Positions 58,701 to 64,000 of a stretch of DNA of 64,000 bases are shown here, piece after piece. The position numbers and the translations under genes are program-made. The number at the start of each line of letters is the position of its first letter. Position 1 is the first letter of the stretch. The notes beneath the pieces are model-generated. The model ran no database searches and had not been told where the DNA came from. It was given only the letters and a program-made list of their open reading frames with translations. Source of the DNA: Leucoraja erinacea (taxonomy: Eukaryota). The stretch is taken from positions 28,024,001-28,088,000 of the forward strand of contig NC_073407.1 of the NCBI RefSeq assembly GCF_028641065.1, given 5' to 3'.

Positions 58701-60171
58701 GAGATAGATTAGCCATGATTGAATGTCAGAGTAGACTTGAATGGCCGAATGGCCTAATTCTACTCCTGTTCCTTATAACGCTGCCACTTATCACAAACCT
58801 GTCAATCTTTGCTTTAGAAATACTCGATGATTTGGCCTCCACAGCCGTGTGTGGCAATGGCATTTATCCGCATCTTTCTAAATGCATATCCTTTTATTCT
58901 GAGGCTGGTCCCCATGGTTCTAGATTCTCCCACTTGTGGACACATTCACACAATGAGGTCCCTCCTCATTCTGCTAAATACCAACAGCATTACTCTTACC
59001 AGACTGAGCAATCTGTCACAACACACCTTCACAGGAAGCTCCACACAGACGAGATGTCCCTGCCATTCCTCAGCTGTTAATTAGGGCAAAAGGCTAAAGA
59101 GGAGAAAGGTGAAATGCTCTGATGGTTTATGCAAGGGCAGTGTGTGCGGCCCCGTGTTATCCTCTGGCCCATAGAGACTTCAGAAACTTCCAGAAGATTC
59201 TTCCCATGAACAGCACCACCTCCTAGCAAGAGTGCTCCACTGTGAAGAGAGGAGCCTGTCTGATTTCACCAAGGCCCTGTTGCGATCAAACCTGCTAGTC
59301 ATGCATGTTGAGGATGGGGCACAACAGCTGCATGGCGGTGGGATGGGGGTGAACGAGGCTGGACACACTTGCCGGAGATCGAGTCAGAGCCATCCCAGTA
59401 TATTTGGACCGGTTCAGCATCAGTTACAGCCCACACTCACCATGGAGTATCCGTACACGTGTATATTCTTCTCTTGCTTATCGTGCCTGATGCGGCCCCC
59501 ACCCTGGCACTCACAGTACAGACCTTGCTGCTCAATCTCTGCCGACACCTGGTCGTAGATATCAGCTGTGACAGGAAGAAATACAACTACTTCAGCAATA
59601 AGGATATCTGATCACCCAGTACACCGAAAACATGCCTAATACTAATCACAAGGCCCGTCACAGTATCCCCCCTCCCTCACTATCCCCTCCCTCCCCTCTC
59701 CCTCCCCACCCCCTCACTCCCCACCCCCACCCCCCCCCCACCCCTCCCCTCACTCCCCTCACCCCCCCCCCCCCCCCACCCACCCCCACCCCCCTCCTCC
59801 CCCCCTCACTCCGCTCCCTCCTCCCTCCCTCCCTCACTCCCTCTCCCCTCACTCCCTCCCCCCCACCCCCCACCCCTCACTCCCCCCTCACTCCCCTCCC
59901 CCCCTCACTCCCTCCCTCACCCCTCCTCCCACTCCTCCCCCTCACTCCCCACCCCGCCCACTCCCTCACTCCCTCCCCCACACTCCCCCGTCTCCCTCAC
60001 CTCCCCACCCCACCCTCCCCACCCGGTTACCATGGTAATCGGCGGACGCCCACCCCCCCACCACGTCTATCTCGGGGCCACCGTCCTGCCCGACCCGGAT
60101 CAGAATGTATTTGAAGACGCCCGTTCGGGTCGATCACAACCGCGGGAACCCGCGCCAACCGCCGCCGCCAT
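55687..60171 (-). CDS. PHPT1: 14 kDa phosphohistidine phosphatase (Janus/Ocnus family)
   Basis: Exons 60171-60031 (frameshifted), 59565-59441, 55779-55687. [18 protein letters not shown] (catalytic His), [31 protein letters not shown]...[13 protein letters not shown]. Confidence 0.93.
56950..58775 (+). mobile_element. CR1 LINE (RT and 3' end) split by a nested Rex element
   Basis: [37 protein letters not shown] // [15 protein letters not shown]..3' UTR. Confidence 0.9.
57406..58248 (-). mobile_element. Rex1/Babar-like LINE, 5'-truncated
   Basis: [53 protein letters not shown]; tail GACAAATAAAG(TTGAC)n. Confidence 0.9.
59441..59565 (-). CDS. PHPT1: PHPT1 exon 2
   Basis: (A)[41 protein letters not shown]. 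Confidence 0.95.
60031..60171 (-). CDS. PHPT1: PHPT1 exon 1 (two apparent +1 indels)
   Basis: MAA / [13 protein letters not shown] / [30 protein letters not shown] in three frames. Confidence 0.8.
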
Positions 60172-60184
60172 CTCTGGGGCCGGC

Positions 60185-60490
60185 GTGCGCGGCCCGACCC
60201 GGTCCTGCGTCAGCGTGCGCGGCCCGGGTCGTCCTGCGTCAGGGTGCGCGTCCCCCGCCATCTTCCTGCGTCAGCGTGCGCGTCCCCGCCCGGTCCTGCG
60301 TCAGCGTGCGCGGCCCCGCGTCAGCGTGCGCGTCCCCGCCCGGTCCTGCGTCAGCGTGCGCGTCACCGCCCGGTCCTGCGTCAGCGTGCGCGTCCCCGCC
60401 CGGTCCTGCGTCAGCGCGCGCGGCCCCGCCCGGTCCTGCGTCAGCATGCGCGGCCCCGCCAGCCCCAGTCCAACGTGCGCGTCCCCGGTC
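60185..60490. repeat. ~30-bp CpG-rich tandem repeat immediately upstream of the PHPT1 ATG
   Basis: CCCGGTCCTGCGTCAGCGTGCGCGTCCCCG, about 9 units. Confidence 0.92.
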
Positions 60491-62987
60491 ATTTGACGCC
60501 AACTCTCCCCATTGAATGGCAGCGTAGACTTGATGGGCCGAATGGCCTTATTCTGCTCCTAGACCAACAGCCACCTCCTTATACAACGTGGCCGGTGAAG
60601 TATTTAGATTGTATCCATGCATTAAGTGACGGCTAATCACAAGTCTGTGGGAGAGCAAGGGTTTGTCTTGTTTATCTGCAGGATGGTGAACAAACTCTTT
60701 AACTTGTTTACTAAAGAACTGCAGATTCAGGCTTAAACCGAAGATAGATACAACATTTGGGTCGAGACCCCGAAATGTCACCCACTCCTTCTCTTCAGAG
60801 ATGCTGCCTGTCCCGCTGAGTTACTCCAGCACTTGGTGTCTAAACTCTTTAACGTGTTTATTATCATCTTAGGTGGATGAAGGTATTTAAGTTATTTAAT
60901 AGTTATAAATCTATGGAGTGTTGGTAATTTATTTAACTCCATTGCTTATGTTCCATCAAGTCTCTCTGCATCTCCCCACTGGAACCTGTGTGTGCAGACT
61001 ATACACCGGTCTACTCCATGGGCAAGAAAGAACGAGCATAGAGATGGAGAGAGTGATGTGAATGTGTGCAGAGAAAGAGCGATAGATTGAGACAAAGATG
61101 AAGAGAGGAGAGTGAGAGAGAACGAGATATTTAGACTCTCAGACCTGCCTGCTGTTGGATGAGATCGTGCCTGATCCATGTATCTGTGTTTTTCTCATGT
61201 CATTCAACCATTCGGCCCATCAAGAGTTCCCCAGACTAATGGTAGTCCCCCACTGGGCCTGCCCAATACTCTCCCACTTACCCGTGACTGAGGGTTCTGC
61301 CTCTGGGGCAGTGAATTCAACACCATCCACCCACATTCCCTCATCTCCCGCGAATCCACCCATCAACTGTTGTACACAGGGCAGCACCTGTCAGAGGTCC
61401 CGGCTTATCGCAGCAGTGCCTGGGCACGCCAGCCACAAAATGTCACCCTTCTTCAGTCTGAAGGGTCTCAACCCGAAATGTCACCCATTCCTTCTCCCCA
61501 AAGATGCTGTCTGTCCCGCTGAGTTACTCCAGCATTTTGTGTCTATGATCGATGTAAACTAGCATCTGCAGTTCCTTCCTCACACAATAACCTCACCCCA
61601 CTCAGCTGCCAGTCTGCATAGTTTGGCACATTGCCAGCTATTTGATGATGTTTTAAGGGTCTATCGAGATGGACCAAGTCTCCCTGGAGTCGCACTCTTC
61701 CTTCATTCAACCCATACTCTAAGGATGACCTCTCATTTGTCTGGGCAGAAATCCAGTTTCTGAAGTGGTTCCTTTCAGTATCACTTAGTTTCCATTATAT
61801 AATGACCACAATTGCTACACTGAGCTTTTATCAGCTGTTGGTTAGAAGATGTGTCTATTGCTGCCCCAGGAAAGACAAGGGAGAAATAACCAGGGAAATA
61901 TATGGAGAGATAATGGAGAAAGAGAGAGGGAGAAGAGAGTCAGAAAGAAAGAGATACATAGGAGAGAAGGGCACAGAGGGTAGAGAGATAGATGGATACA
62001 CACAAAAATGGAGAGCAAACTCAGAGAGCGAGGTAGATTGAAGGAGAGAGAGAGAGGCAGCAATAGATTGAAGGAGAGAGAGGAGATGGTGAAATCTGGA
62101 ACTGGTAACACAGTGGGCAAATATACAGACAGGAAGAGCCAGTGAGTAAAAGACCAACAAGCATGGAGGCAGAGATATGGAAACAAGATGAGACCAAGAG
62201 AGATTGCCAGAGACCGAGAAATACAGATGGAGAGTGTGAGAGGGAGAGGAGGTGAGGTGGGGGAGAAAGTGTGTGAGAATGTGAGAACGTGTGTGGGAGA
62301 GTATGTGTGAATGAGTGTATGCGTGTGTGTGAGTGAGTGTATGTGTGTGTGTGAGTGAATGAGTGTGTGTGTGAGTGTGTGAGTGTGATTGTGCCAACCT
62401 TTGTGGACCGGCATCTGAGTGCGGGGAGGTTATTTTGTGAGGAAGGATCGGCAGATGCGAGTTTACATTGATCATAGACATAAAAAGCTGGAGTAACTCA
62501 GCGGGACGGGCAGCATATCTGGAGAGAAGGAATGGGTGACATTTCGAGTCGAGACCCTTCTTCAGACTGAAAGTCGTGGGAAAGGGAAACGAGAGATGAT
62601 GTAGAGAACAAATGAATTAAAGATATGTAACAAAGTAACAATGATAAAGGAAATAGACTGATGTTAGCTGTGGCTAGGAGTGAACGAGAAGCTCGTGTGT
62701 GACTATGGTGGGGGAGGGATGGAGAGGAATGCACGGATTATTCGAAGTTAGGGATATCAACATTCATACTGTTATTCATACGAATAGTGAGTTCTCCAAC
62801 CAAATAATGCCTGCGCTCCCCTCCACATCCTAAGTCCTCCCACCTCCCCTCCCCCACCCTCAGTCCTCCCCACCCCCACCCCACCCCTGTCGGTGCAGGG
62901 TTTCCCACTGTGCACACTTACAGGTGCACACACGCGCGTGCACACTCCACACAGGCAGGCTGACAGATCCAACAATCAGAAGTGTCG

Positions 62988-63379
62988 TTTATTTAAATCT
63001 CTGCTCTCACAATAACCACAAACTACAGTGATCCTGAAAGACAAGAAGCGCCCACGATCAGACCTGGAACGGATTGAGGACCAGAATCAGGGCTGGGCCG
63101 GGCCGGGACAAAACCAGACCAGCCACCCACAGAGTATTCACTTCATCCCTGGAGGTGCTGATATTACATTCATGATCACAGGCTGATTTCACCAGAACTG
63201 TTAATTGCTGGAGACTGGTCTCTAATCTGGGAGACAAAGGTCATTGAGAGACAGCTCCAGCTGAGATTCTGGAACATTCCGCCAGGTCTGCGATACATTG
63301 GGTACATCCCAAGAGGCAGCATTTGCAGTCATTTATACCAGCCGTCTGACACAACATCACGAGAACAGCCCATAAACAT
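62988..63379 (-). other. Candidate terminal exon and 3' UTR of an unidentified upstream gene
   Basis: Acceptor-like TTAATCTTCCGCTTCAG at ~63380, unique sequence, AATAAA at 62993-62988; no recognisable peptide. Confidence 0.35.
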
Positions 63380-63409
63380 CTGAAGCGGAAGATTAAGAAG
63401 TTAAAAAGT

Positions 63410-64000
63410 TTGGGGGGTGGGGAGGTTGGGGGATGGGGGGTGGGGGGATGGGGAGGTTGGTTGGGGGATGGGGAGGTTGGGGGGAGGTTGGGGGAGGTTG
63501 GGGGGATGGGGAGGTTGGGTTGGGGGATGGGGAGAGTTTTGGGGGATGGGGAGGTTGGGGGATGGGGGGGGGGGGGGGGAGGGGGAGGTGGGGGGAGGGG
63601 AGGTGGGGGATGGGGAGGTTGGGGGGAGGGGGAGGTTGGGGGAGGTTGGAGGTTGGGGGGGGGGATGGGGAGGTTGGGGGGAGGGGGAGGTTGGGGGGAG
63701 GGGAGGTTGGGGAGGGGAGGTGGGGGGATGGGGAGGTGGGGGGAGGGGGAGGTTGGGGGATGGGGAGGTTGGGGGAGGGGGAGGTTGGGGGGATGGGGGG
63801 GTGGGGGGAGGTTGGGGGGAGGGGGAGGAGAGATGGGGGAGGGAAACACTGGGGGATGGGGAGAATGGGGAGGTGGGGGATGGGGATATGGGGAGGTGAG
63901 GTGATATTGAGAGAGTTGGGGGGATGGGAGGGTAGGAAGCTGGGAAGGAGGAGGGTGGAGGGGAGAGGGGAGGTTGGGGGATAGGTTGGGGGTGGATGAG
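63410..64000. repeat. G-rich low-complexity repeat (GGGGAGGTTGGG)
   Basis: Direct observation. Confidence 0.92.

Overview
Vertebrate genomic DNA. The CR1/Rex LINEs, HE1-like SINEs and Penelope-type repeats suggest a cartilaginous fish (skate/ray-like); the region is GC-rich, minisatellite-dense and carries genes found at human 9q34. I reconstructed spliced genes by hand from GT-AG sites and phase continuity: the last 5 exons of a classical SDR (FabG-like, +), COQ4 (+, 7 exons), TRUB2 (-, 8 exons), a short 3-MAM-domain MAMDC4-like membrane protein (-, 13 exons, one homopolymer frameshift) and PHPT1 (-, 3 exons, exon 1 frameshifted). There is possibly a further terminal exon near 63.3 kb. A decayed endogenous retrovirus with a tRNA-Pro primer binding site occupies the first ~4.6 kb. 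Nearly all long ORFs in the supplied track are artefacts of N gaps or tandem repeats. Main observations: intronic minisatellites built from copies of the adjacent exon end and splice donor; hammerhead-ribozyme-like cores in dispersed Penelope-type repeats; tail-to-tail COQ4/TRUB2; a palindromic 22-bp satellite; and a long perfect hairpin. All homology calls are from recognition of motifs, not from database searches.
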